From NCBI GenBank assembly GCA_040751795.1, contig JBFMHR010000001.1, positions 224,001-288,000 on the forward strand: a stretch of 64,000 nucleotides of DNA, read 5' to 3'. The notes under the pieces are model-generated. The model had not been told where the DNA came from. It made no database searches and saw only the letters and a list, made by a program, of their open reading frames with translations. Below are positions 38,518-47,032 of this stretch, one piece after another. Source of the DNA: Thermoplasmatota archaeon (GTDB lineage Archaea; Thermoplasmatota; Thermoplasmata; UBA10834). Every line of letters begins with the position of its first letter. Position 1 is the stretch's first letter. A program made the position numbers and the translations under genes.

Positions 38518-39090
38518 TCACCTGCGCCGGGGCCGTCTCCCGCTCGCGGGGAGTTCCAGCCTGAGCAGGACCTCGTCGATGTACTCGGCGCCCTCCTTGG
38601 CAGAGCGGGGTATCCTCGCGTACTCCCTGAAGCCGACCTTCCTGTACAGCGACAGGGCCCGGTCGTTGTAGTCGAACGCCGAGAGGTCCACCGACTCGAT
38701 GCCGCGCATGCGCCTGGCGGCCAGTTCGAGGGTCCTGCGCATCAGGGCCTCGCCTATGCCCTTCCCCCTCGCCTCCCTGACGAGCCCGATCCCGAGCATC
38801 GCCCTGTGGGCGTGCTTCCAGGGCATCCTTCCCACGTCGCAGTTGCCCAGGACCTTCCCGTCGCGCTCGACCGTCAGCATCACCACCTTCCTGGCGCGCA
38901 CATCCGCGATCCGACCCTTCAGCCAGGCCTCCTCCTCCTTGAGCGTGACGCGCTTGTTGATCAGCAGCCCGGACATCGGCTCCCCGACGAACGAGTTGAT
39001 GAACTGCATGTACCTCCTCGCGTCGCCGGGGACCGGCTCCCTGAAGACGTACTCCTCCCCGTCCGGGGCCACGTGCAGGTACCTGACCAT
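38518..39090 (-). CDS. GNAT N-acetyltransferase
   Basis: Acetyl-CoA motif ARGKGIGEAL and NDRALSLYRKVGF; real start MVRYLH at 39090. Confidence 0.9.
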   Translation of the reverse strand: MVRYLHVAPDGEEYVFREPVPGDARRYMQFINSFVGEPMSGLLINKRVTLKEEEAWLKGRIADVRARKVVMLTVERDGKVLGNCDVGRMPWKHAHRAMLGIGLVREARGKGIGEALMRRTLELAARRMRGIESVDLSAFDYNDRALSLYRKVGFREYARIPRSAKEGAEYIDEVLLRLELPASGRRPRRR

Positions 39091-39187
39091 CGTCCGTCCG
39101 AACGGGATACGTGGAGAAATAGTTGGCGAGCGGGGGGTGGTCGGGCAACAATTAATAGCCGCCACCCGGCTCAGGCTGAGGAGCACG

Positions 39188-39832
39188 ATGCGCCTAGAGG
39201 TCGACCTGCACATCCATTCCCTGCACTCCCCGGACTCCATGTCGAGGCCCGGGAGGATCGTGGGCAGGGCGCGCGAGCTCGGCCTGGCGGCGATAGCGGT
39301 GACGGACCACGGCAGCTGGGACGGGTGGAGGGAGGCCAACGCGGCGTCCGGTGGGGACCCGATCGTGGTCCCCGGTGCCGAGCTGAAGACCTCCAAGGGG
39401 GACCTCCTGGCGCTGTTCGTCGAGGAGCCCGTGCCCGCGACCGACTGGGCGGAGGCGATAGACATGGTCCGCGCCCGCGGCGGGGTCGCGGTCGTCCCCC
39501 ACCCCGCGGAGTCCAGGAGGCTCACCAAGGAGGACATCGCCATGGCCGACGCCCTCGAGGCGTTCAACGCGAAGTGCGGGAGGCGCAGCAACGGGAGGGC
39601 GGCGGCGCTGGCGCGGGAGCTCGGCCTCCCCGGGCTCGCCTCCTCCGACGCCCACATGGTCGCCGCGGTCGGCAACGGCAGGACATCGGTGCCGGAGTTC
39701 CATTCCACGGAGGAGCTGAGGAGGGTGCTCCTGAAGGACCCGGTCATATCGAGGGCGGAGACGACCAACCCGATACTCCACTACGGGAACGCGTCCCTCT
39801 GCTTCGGGCTCAAGGGCGTCTGGAAGAGGTGA
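39188..39832 (+). CDS. PHP-domain phosphoesterase
   Basis: DLHIHS, AVTDH, PHP, SSDAH. Confidence 0.9.
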   Translation: MRLEVDLHIHSLHSPDSMSRPGRIVGRARELGLAAIAVTDHGSWDGWREANAASGGDPIVVPGAELKTSKGDLLALFVEEPVPATDWAEAIDMVRARGGVAVVPHPAESRRLTKEDIAMADALEAFNAKCGRRSNGRAAALARELGLPGLASSDAHMVAAVGNGRTSVPEFHSTEELRRVLLKDPVISRAETTNPILHYGNASLCFGLKGVWKR

Positions 39833-39835
39833 CGG

Positions 39836-40885
39836 CTACCTCGAAGGCCCCTTGGGCCTGCTCAGCTCGGAGAGGTACTGCTCTATCCTCGTGACGCGCT
39901 GGCCGAGGCGCCCCATGTTCTCCCGGACGTCCGCGACAGCCAGGACGACCTCCTTGGAGACGTCGGGCCTGTCCCTGACCCTGGAGACCGACTCCTCGAT
40001 GCCCCTGAGGCGCGCCTCCAGGTCCACTGGCACCTCGCCGGACTGGACCTTGGCGATCCTCTCCTGCAGCTCCGTGAAGCTCTTGTCCATCTTCCTGTCG
40101 GACGAGGAGAGCACCACGGCGAGGCCCTTGCCGACCTTGTCGTCCAGGCTCTTCCCGAACTCGGCCAGGGCCTTGTTTATCGACTGCTCCAGGGCCTCCA
40201 GCCTCTGGTCCTGGGACTCGACCCGCTTTATGACGTCGGAGAGGTCCCCGAGCTCGAGGCACATCTTCTCCAGGAGCGCCTTCTCCTTCTGGTCGATGTT
40301 GACCTCGACCGGGGCGGTGGGGTAGTTCCTCAGCGCGTCGACCATGCCCAGCATGTCGATCTCGGGGCCGGAGTCGGCTATCGCGTCCTTTATCGGCTTG
40401 AGCTTCTCGAGCTGGAGCTCCGCCATCTTCACGACGCTCCTGTTGCCCTTCCCCATGCCCGTGAGCTCCTCGAGTATCTTCTCGAGCTGCACGACCGCCT
40501 TGGCCATGCTTGAGTCCTCGAGCGAGCGTATGTCCCTGACCGCGTCCTTCTTCCCCTTCGCTATCGCGTCGGCGACCGTCGGGCCCTCGTGGGCGTAGAC
40601 CGTCACGAGGTGCGACACCCCCGACATGACCGCGCCCTCTACGAAGGCCCAGTCCTTCTCCTGAACGGTTATGGTCTGCCTGTCCGCGCGCTCGAAGAGC
40701 ATCACGAAGGACTGGTTGGGCATGAGGCAGACCTGTATGCTGTAGGGGGCGTTGCGCGCGAGCGGGGGCACGTGCTCGGGCTTCTCTCGCTCGACCGCGT
40801 TCGCGTACGCGCCCATGTAGGCGCCGGCGTAGTTCTCCAAGGCCTTCTTCGAGGGGAGGTGGGCCTTCGCTGAGGTGTCTTCCAT
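39836..40885 (-). CDS. Hypothetical protein with long C-terminal coiled coil
   Basis: 349-aa ORF with strong coding bias; heptad-rich second half; no recognised family motif. Confidence 0.8.
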   Translation of the reverse strand: MEDTSAKAHLPSKKALENYAGAYMGAYANAVEREKPEHVPPLARNAPYSIQVCLMPNQSFVMLFERADRQTITVQEKDWAFVEGAVMSGVSHLVTVYAHEGPTVADAIAKGKKDAVRDIRSLEDSSMAKAVVQLEKILEELTGMGKGNRSVVKMAELQLEKLKPIKDAIADSGPEIDMLGMVDALRNYPTAPVEVNIDQKEKALLEKMCLELGDLSDVIKRVESQDQRLEALEQSINKALAEFGKSLDDKVGKGLAVVLSSSDRKMDKSFTELQERIAKVQSGEVPVDLEARLRGIEESVSRVRDRPDVSKEVVLAVADVRENMGRLGQRVTRIEQYLSELSRPKGPSR

Positions 40886-41064
40886 CCGGCTCGCCCAGGT
40901 GATGTTGGTCGCCGATATTAGCCTTTTTCATCCCGCTAGCGGGAGGCGGCGCCGTCTTTTATCTCGGAATCGGAAAATATTATGTACGCAGGGGTTAATC
41001 GGCCCTATCACGGCTGGGCGGGGCAGGCCGCCCGCTCTGGCCGGGTCAGTCAGCTGGTGGTCGT

Positions 41065-41880
41065 CTGAGCATAATCCAGTCAAAGAGGTACATCAAGAAG
41101 ATATCCCTCGTCGGGGACTCCGGCGTGGGCAAGACATCCCTCATCAGGAGGTTCGTGATAGACGTCTTCGACGACAAGTACGTCCAGACCGTCGGGACCA
41201 AGGTCAGCAAGAGGGACGTCGAGTACGAGCTGCCGGACAAGACGGTCTACCTCACCCTCATGGTCTGGGACATCCTGGGCCAGAAGGACTACAGGAAGAT
41301 GAGGGCCCAGGGGATGAGCGGCTCCCACGGCGTCGTGCTCGTCGGGGACCTCACCAGGCCCGAAACAGTCAAGGCGATAGAGGACTTCTGGCTCTCCGAC
41401 GTCGTAGACATACTGGGGACCGTGCCCATAGTGTTCGTGGGCAACAAGGTCGACCTCGTCGACAGGGACTGCGCGGCGGCCCGGCACATCGCGGAGATAG
41501 GCAGGAAGGCCGAGATGCCCGTGATGATGTGCAGCGCCAAGACACGCGAGAACGTGGAGGAGCTGTTCCGGCGGATAGGGGAGATGATGATCTCCGGCGA
41601 CTTCGTCGAGAAGAAGCCCGTCTTCGAGGGCGGCTCCCTCGCGCAGGCGGTGGACGAGATCGTGAGCGACTTCTGCGAGCAGTACGGCGACACGGCCAGG
41701 GCCATGGAGCTCGTCGAGCGCGAGTTCGGGAGGGCCAAGGTCAACATAGGCAAGCCGACGAAGGACAGCCTCCTGATGGCCATCGAGTACCTCTCCGACG
41801 TCGAGAGGGACGTCCACGGGAGGGACGTCTCCGAGGTCAACAAACTCAGGCGCTGGAAGATGATCGACGAGGCGAGGTAG
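41065..41880 (+). CDS. Ras-superfamily (Rab-like) small GTPase with about 90-aa helical C-terminal extension
   Basis: G1 GDSGVGKTS, G2 YVQTVG, G3 WDILGQ, G4 GNKVDL, G5 CSAK. The track start (GTG 41125) lies inside the P-loop, so the start is placed at CTG 41065 after GGTGG. Confidence 0.9.
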   Translation: MSIIQSKRYIKKISLVGDSGVGKTSLIRRFVIDVFDDKYVQTVGTKVSKRDVEYELPDKTVYLTLMVWDILGQKDYRKMRAQGMSGSHGVVLVGDLTRPETVKAIEDFWLSDVVDILGTVPIVFVGNKVDLVDRDCAAARHIAEIGRKAEMPVMMCSAKTRENVEELFRRIGEMMISGDFVEKKPVFEGGSLAQAVDEIVSDFCEQYGDTARAMELVEREFGRAKVNIGKPTKDSLLMAIEYLSDVERDVHGRDVSEVNKLRRWKMIDEAR

Positions 41881-41917
41881 GCCCGGGCGGTGCGTGACCC
41901 CATTGGCCCAGGCGCAG

Positions 41918-42514
41918 ATGAGGAGGAAGAGGCTGGAGATCGCCCTCCAGAAGCTCAGGCCCCTCGAGGAGAGGTCGGCGAGGCTGGAGCAGTACCACAC
42001 CCCGGCGCACATCGCCGCCGACGTCCTGTGGGAGGCCTTCGGGCGCGGGGACGTCCACGGGAGGGCCGTGGCCGACCTCGGCTGCGGGAACGGCGTGTTC
42101 TGCATAGGCGCGAAGCTCATGGGGGCCGACAGGGCCGTGGGCATAGACGTGGACCCGAAGGCGGTGAGGGTCGCCGCGGCGAACGCAGCCGACCTCGGGG
42201 TCGAGGTGGAGCTCTTGGAGGGGGACGTGTCCTCCCTCGCGGGGCCGTTCGACACCGTACTGCAGAACCCCCCCTTCGGGGCGCAGACCCGCCACGCGGA
42301 CCGGGCGTTCATAGAGAAGGCCCTGTCCCTCGCCCCGGTGGCCTATTCCCTTCACAACGACGGCACCCAGGGGTTCGTGGAGGGCATGGTCAGGGCCCTC
42401 GGCGGGCGGTCGGAGGCCGTGAAAAGGTATAAATTCGAGATTCCATATGCGTTCGAGTTCCACAGAAAGGCTAACGAGACCATTTCAGTCGTTCTGTTAA
42501 GGCTTGAGAGATAG
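41918..42514 (+). CDS. METTL5-family N6-adenine RNA methyltransferase
   Basis: LEQYHTPAHIAA, DLGCGNG, NPPFG, FEFH. Confidence 0.9.
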   Translation: MRRKRLEIALQKLRPLEERSARLEQYHTPAHIAADVLWEAFGRGDVHGRAVADLGCGNGVFCIGAKLMGADRAVGIDVDPKAVRVAAANAADLGVEVELLEGDVSSLAGPFDTVLQNPPFGAQTRHADRAFIEKALSLAPVAYSLHNDGTQGFVEGMVRALGGRSEAVKRYKFEIPYAFEFHRKANETISVVLLRLER

Positions 42515-43102
42515 GTGATTGGTCTGGCGAGAACCGGCCGCAGGGTGCTGCCTGGAGACGAGGTGGCCATTGCTGAGGAGTACATGTCGGGAGAGGGCAC
42601 ATACGAGTCCGAGGGCAAGATCTACGCGAGCGCCGTCGGCGAGCTCGACCTCGACGCTAGGGAGAAGACCGCAAAGGTGATACTGGACAACCCGCCAGTG
42701 GTCCTGATGGAGGGTGACACCGTGCTCGCGGAGGTCACCGACACCAGGCCCGCGATGGCCATATGCAGCGTCGTGGCCCAGGAGGGGAGGGAGAGACCGG
42801 TGTCGAGCGAGACGCTCGCGTCGGTCCACGTCTCGAAGATCGCTTCCTCTTACGTCGAGGACGCGGGGGATCTCCTCAGGGCGGGGGACCTCATACGGGC
42901 GCAGGTCATACAGGCCGACCCGTCCGTGCAGCTGTCGACGACCGGCCCGCACTTCGGCGTCATAAGGGCGCTCTGCGTGGTCTGCAGGTCCCCCCTCGAG
43001 AGGAGGGGAAGGGACCTGTGGTGCAAGCGCTGCGAGCACAAGGAGACCCGCAAGCTGGCCGACGACTACAGGGACTACGACATGTCCAAGGGAAAGCCCT
43101 AA
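42515..43102 (+). CDS. csl4: Exosome complex RNA-binding protein Csl4
   Basis: VLPGDEV..EEYMSGEGTYE, S1 domain (GDLIRAQV), zinc ribbon CxxC...CxxC, ETRKLA. True start may be CTG 42524. Confidence 0.93.
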   Translation: MIGLARTGRRVLPGDEVAIAEEYMSGEGTYESEGKIYASAVGELDLDAREKTAKVILDNPPVVLMEGDTVLAEVTDTRPAMAICSVVAQEGRERPVSSETLASVHVSKIASSYVEDAGDLLRAGDLIRAQVIQADPSVQLSTTGPHFGVIRALCVVCRSPLERRGRDLWCKRCEHKETRKLADDYRDYDMSKGKP

Positions 43103-43146
43103 ATCCGCGCACGCTGATTGAGTCGGACAGGGAGGGGAGGCAGCGA

Positions 43147-43326
43147 TTGACCCAAGGTGAGAAGGAGCTCATTGCCGAGGTGGCGAAGCTCAGGGAGGAC
43201 CTGAGGGAGCTGCGGGAGATCGTGAACGTGCTCGTCAACGTCATAATGGAGGACGAGCTCGAGGAGGAGGAGCAGGAGTTCACGCCCTTCTCCGGGACCG
43301 ACAACAAGTTCAACCTCTACAACTGA
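43147..43326 (+). CDS. Small coiled-coil acidic protein (59 aa)
   Basis: GGAGG SD then TTG; LTQGEKELIAEVAKLREDLRELREIVNVLVNVIMEDELEEEEQEF...FNLYN. Confidence 0.75.
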   Translation: MTQGEKELIAEVAKLREDLRELREIVNVLVNVIMEDELEEEEQEFTPFSGTDNKFNLYN

Positions 43327-43366
43327 CGGCCCTTGCGCCGGCCTTCCGGATAGGAGCAGGAACCGC

Positions 43367-44581
43367 ATGAGGAGCAGCCACTTTCTCGACATGATGAGGC
43401 GGCAGGAGCGCTGGAGGCTCGAGGAGTCCGTCAACCTCCTCCCTTCCGAGAACATGGCCAGCCCGCAGCTGAGGGCCCTCCTGTCGTCCGACTTCGGGCA
43501 CAGGTACACCCTGCCGATCGAGGCGGAGTCGGGCGGCGTGTACATCGAGAACGGCTACAGGGGCTCCAGGCTCACGACCCTGGTGGAGAGGGACTGCGAG
43601 AGGGCCGCCTGCGAGGTCTACGGTTCCAGGTACGCCTGCGTGCAGCCCATGGGGGGCCATATCGCGGCGATGATCGCCATCGCGTCGACCACCCAGAAGG
43701 GGGGCTCGGTCTACGCGATACCGGTGGAGAACGGGGGGTACGACGGCTACGCGCAGCCCTACCTCCCGGACATCCTGGGCCTGAAGGCCGGGACGCTGCC
43801 GTTCGACTCCTCCAGGCAGAACATCGACACCGAGGCGACGGCCTCGATGATAAGGAGGAAGAGGCCCGGCCTCGTCATCCTCGGGGCGTCGTTCATACTG
43901 TTCCCCTACGACATGGGCCCGGTCAGGGACGCGTGCGAGGACGCGGGCTCCAAGCTCGCCTACGACGGCTCCCACGTCATGGGCCTCATCGCGGGCGGGG
44001 AGTTCCAGAGGCCCCTCAAGGAGGGCGCGGACCTCCTGTACGGCTCGACGCACAAGAGCCTCTTCGGCCCCCAGGGCGGCATGATACTCACCGACTCCAA
44101 GGCCATCGACGGGGAGGTCAGGAAGAACCTCACCTGGAGGTTCGTGGACAACGTCCACTGGAACAGGGTCGCCGCCCTCGGCCAGGCGATGCTCGAGATG
44201 AGGCGGTTCGGGCCCGCCTACGCCAAGCAGGTCGTCAGGAGCTCCCGGCGCCTCGGGAAGGAGCTCGACGAGAGGGGCTTCCCGATCATGTACCGCGACC
44301 TCGGCTACTCGTCGTCGCACCAGCTCCACATCGACCAGGCGGCGATGGAGGAGAGGTACGGCCTGGACATGAACGGGATGTCCATAAGGCTGGAGAGGAG
44401 CAACCTCATCACCGACTCCGTCGGCAGGCTCGGCACGTCCGAGATCACCAGGCTCGGGGTCAAGGAGAAGCACCTGCCGGAGCTGGCCGACATGTTCGTC
44501 GACGCGGCAAAGGGGAGGCAGGTCAGGAAGAGGGTCAAGGCCTTCAGGGACCGCTTCACCATGGACTACAGGTTCAGGTGA
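43367..44581 (+). CDS. glyA: Serine hydroxymethyltransferase (archaeal type)
   Basis: VNLLPSEN, YDGSHVMGLIAGG, PLP lysine motif GSTHKSLFGPQGG. Confidence 0.88.
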   Translation: MRSSHFLDMMRRQERWRLEESVNLLPSENMASPQLRALLSSDFGHRYTLPIEAESGGVYIENGYRGSRLTTLVERDCERAACEVYGSRYACVQPMGGHIAAMIAIASTTQKGGSVYAIPVENGGYDGYAQPYLPDILGLKAGTLPFDSSRQNIDTEATASMIRRKRPGLVILGASFILFPYDMGPVRDACEDAGSKLAYDGSHVMGLIAGGEFQRPLKEGADLLYGSTHKSLFGPQGGMILTDSKAIDGEVRKNLTWRFVDNVHWNRVAALGQAMLEMRRFGPAYAKQVVRSSRRLGKELDERGFPIMYRDLGYSSSHQLHIDQAAMEERYGLDMNGMSIRLERSNLITDSVGRLGTSEITRLGVKEKHLPELADMFVDAAKGRQVRKRVKAFRDRFTMDYRFR

Positions 44582-44609
44582 GCCCGCCGGGTAGGCATTT
44601 AATACCGCC

Positions 44610-45383
44610 ATGGCAATGCCAACGGCGTTGACGGAGGACAGGTACTCGCGGCAGGTCCTCCTGCCCGAGATAGGCCCCCAGGGGCAGGCGATGCTCGCCA
44701 AGGCCAGAGCGGTGGTCATCGGCTGCGGGGCGCTCGGGACCCACTCGCTGTCCCTCATGGTCCGGGCGGGCGTCGGCTCCGTCACGGTCGTGGACAGGGA
44801 CGTCGTCGAGCTCACCAACCTCCAGAGGCAGACCCTGTTCTCGGAGAAGGACGTCGGGAGGCCCAAGGCCGAGGCCGCGCAGGAGCGGCTCAGGAGGGTG
44901 AACTCGGACGTGGAGGTCAGGGGCGTCGTCGCCGACGTCACCGCCGCCAACGTGGCGGGCTTCATCGAGGGCGCGACGGTGGTGGTCGACGCCACCGACA
45001 ACATGGAGACGCGGTATATCGTCAACGACGCGTGCGTCAGGGCCGGCGTCCCCTGGGTCTACGGCGGCGCCGTGGGCGTCAGCGGCATGGTCCTGGTGGT
45101 CGCCGGCGACGGCCCGTGCCTGAGGTGCGTCTTCCCCAGGCCCCCGAGGCCCGGGATGCTGCCGACCTGCAACACCGTCGGGATCATCAACACCCTCCCC
45201 GGGACGGTGTCCTCGATCCAGGTCACGGAGGCCATCAAGGTGATGACGGGGAAGGAGCACACGCCGGAGCTGATGGCCGTCGACGTCTGGAACCACGACA
45301 TCCACAAGATCAAGGTCACCAGGGACCCCAAGTGCCCGGCCTGCTGCCATGGCGCGCTCCCTCTGCGCAGGGTGCGGGGGTGA
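44610..45383 (+). CDS. ThiF/MoeB/UbaA E1-like adenylyltransferase
   Basis: RYSRQ, GCGALG, DRDVVELTNLQRQ, DATDN, PCLRC, TCNTVG, CPAC. Confidence 0.93.
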   Translation: MAMPTALTEDRYSRQVLLPEIGPQGQAMLAKARAVVIGCGALGTHSLSLMVRAGVGSVTVVDRDVVELTNLQRQTLFSEKDVGRPKAEAAQERLRRVNSDVEVRGVVADVTAANVAGFIEGATVVVDATDNMETRYIVNDACVRAGVPWVYGGAVGVSGMVLVVAGDGPCLRCVFPRPPRPGMLPTCNTVGIINTLPGTVSSIQVTEAIKVMTGKEHTPELMAVDVWNHDIHKIKVTRDPKCPACCHGALPLRRVRG

Positions 45384-45387
45384 CCGG

Positions 45388-46014
45388 CTGAAGGGCATCG
45401 TCCTCCTCTCGGGGGGCATAGACTCCCCGGTCGCCGCGCACATGATGGCCAGGCAGGGCATGGACCTGGTCCTCGTCCACTTCGACAACAGGCCCTTCAC
45501 CAGCGACGCGGAGGTGGACAAGGCGAGGAGGCTCATGGGCCAGCTCGACCGCGCCGCCGGCCGGAGGCACGCGAAGGTCCTCGTGCCGCACGGGGCGACG
45601 CAGGCGGAGGTCGCTAGGAGCTGCAGGACCAACATGCAGTGCGTCCTCTGCAGGAGGACGATGTTCAGGGTCGCGGAGAGGCTCGCGCGCCGGTACGGCG
45701 CGGGGGCGATCGTGACGGGGGAATCCATGGGCCAGGTGGCCTCGCAGACCCTCGCGAACATACTTGTCGAGGAGAGGGCGACCGTCTTGCCCGTCCTCAG
45801 GCCCCTGATAGGCCTGGACAAGGTGGAGATCGAGAGGGTTGCCAAGGAGATCGGCACCTACGAGATATCCACGCTCCCCGGGCTGTGCTGCACCATCGCC
45901 CCGAAGAAACCCTCGACCTACAGCGAACTCTCCACCGCCCTCGATGAGGAGTCCAAGGTGGACATCGAGGCGCTGGCCGACAGGGAGGCCGGGGGCGCCG
46001 TGGAGATCGAGTGA
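45388..46014 (+). CDS. ThiI-like sulfurtransferase, catalytic PP-loop domain only (no THUMP/NFLD)
   Basis: LLSGGIDSPVAA, CVLCRR, TGESMGQVASQTLAN, RPLIGLDK, CC. Begins directly at the PP-loop strand; start placed at CTG after GGTGA. Confidence 0.85.
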   Translation: MKGIVLLSGGIDSPVAAHMMARQGMDLVLVHFDNRPFTSDAEVDKARRLMGQLDRAAGRRHAKVLVPHGATQAEVARSCRTNMQCVLCRRTMFRVAERLARRYGAGAIVTGESMGQVASQTLANILVEERATVLPVLRPLIGLDKVEIERVAKEIGTYEISTLPGLCCTIAPKKPSTYSELSTALDEESKVDIEALADREAGGAVEIE

Positions 46015-46023
46015 GGCGATGAC

Positions 46024-46509
46024 ATGAAGGGGTTCGTGCTCGACACATCCGTCCTCTACTACGGCAAGGACCTCCCCGCGGGGTACGAGCTCGTGATATC
46101 GCCCGGCGTCGTCAGGGAGCTCGAGAGGGAGGGCATGGCCCAGAGGCTGGAGCTGCTCCTCGCGACGAGGGTGAGGGTGTCGTCCCCGTCGAAGAGGTCC
46201 CTCGCGAAGGTCGAGGCCGAGGCGAGGACCACTGGCGACTCCGCGAGGCTGTCGGAGACGGACAAGGAGATACTGGCGCTCGCGCTCGACCTGGGGTACC
46301 AGCTTCTGACCGACGACTACTCGATCCAGAACCTCGCGACCGTGCTGGGAGTCCCCTACAGGGGCTTCGACCAGAAGGGCATCACGAAGGTCCTCGAGTG
46401 GGAGGCCAGGTGCACGGGCTGCGGCAAGGCCCTGGGCCCGGGAGCGAAGGAGTGCGACGTGTGCGGCTCCCCCGTGAGGATGCGCAGGAAGAAGGTCCTG
46501 AGGCGCTAG
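46024..46509 (+). CDS. nob1: Nob1 PIN-domain endoribonuclease
   Basis: VLDTS, LSETD, TDDYSIQN, C-terminal zinc ribbon CTGC...CDVCG. Confidence 0.93.
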   Translation: MKGFVLDTSVLYYGKDLPAGYELVISPGVVRELEREGMAQRLELLLATRVRVSSPSKRSLAKVEAEARTTGDSARLSETDKEILALALDLGYQLLTDDYSIQNLATVLGVPYRGFDQKGITKVLEWEARCTGCGKALGPGAKECDVCGSPVRMRRKKVLRR

Positions 46510-46519
46510 GCCTCCCGGC

Positions 46520-46972
46520 CTACCTCCTGGGCGGGAGTCCGGTCTTCTCGAAGTGCGTCTGCGCAGCGTCGTCGTGGGACGGGGTCGTGTCCGCCGAATC
46601 CGGCCGGGAGTAGATGTCCCTGACCGTCCTCCACAGCATCACGGAGGCGAACGCGAAGAACGCCAGGGAGGCCAGCCCGAGGATGAGCGAGTCGTCGTCG
46701 CCGCTGGTACGCCATTTGTACAGGAAACTGGAGCTGAAGACGGCCCCCACGGCCCAGTATGCGACCATCCCGATCAAACGGTTGGCGCACCCGCCAATCG
46801 CATCGTCCCTGAGCCGCTCATCCTCCTTCTCGCTCGGGTAGCTCTCTGTCCAGTCGACCAACGACGGCTTCGGCTTCGAGTAGTCGACGCCGTCCCTGCT
46901 GAGAGCTCCCTAGCATCCCGAGCAGCGCTCGGCCCCCTCGAGGTTCTCCGACCCACACGCGGGGCACTTCAT
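46520..46972 (-). pseudogene. Zinc-ribbon + 2-TM membrane protein interrupted by an in-frame TAG (46910-46912)
   Basis: ATG 46972 gives MKCPACGSENLEGAERCSGC*GALSRDGVDYSKPKPSLVDW..., in frame with the 46520-46861 track ORF. Confidence 0.7.
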
Positions 46973-47032
46973 GGACCCACTATGACCGGTGGACCGCCCC
47001 GGGGGCTATTAAGCGTTCCCGGGGGTTGCCCC

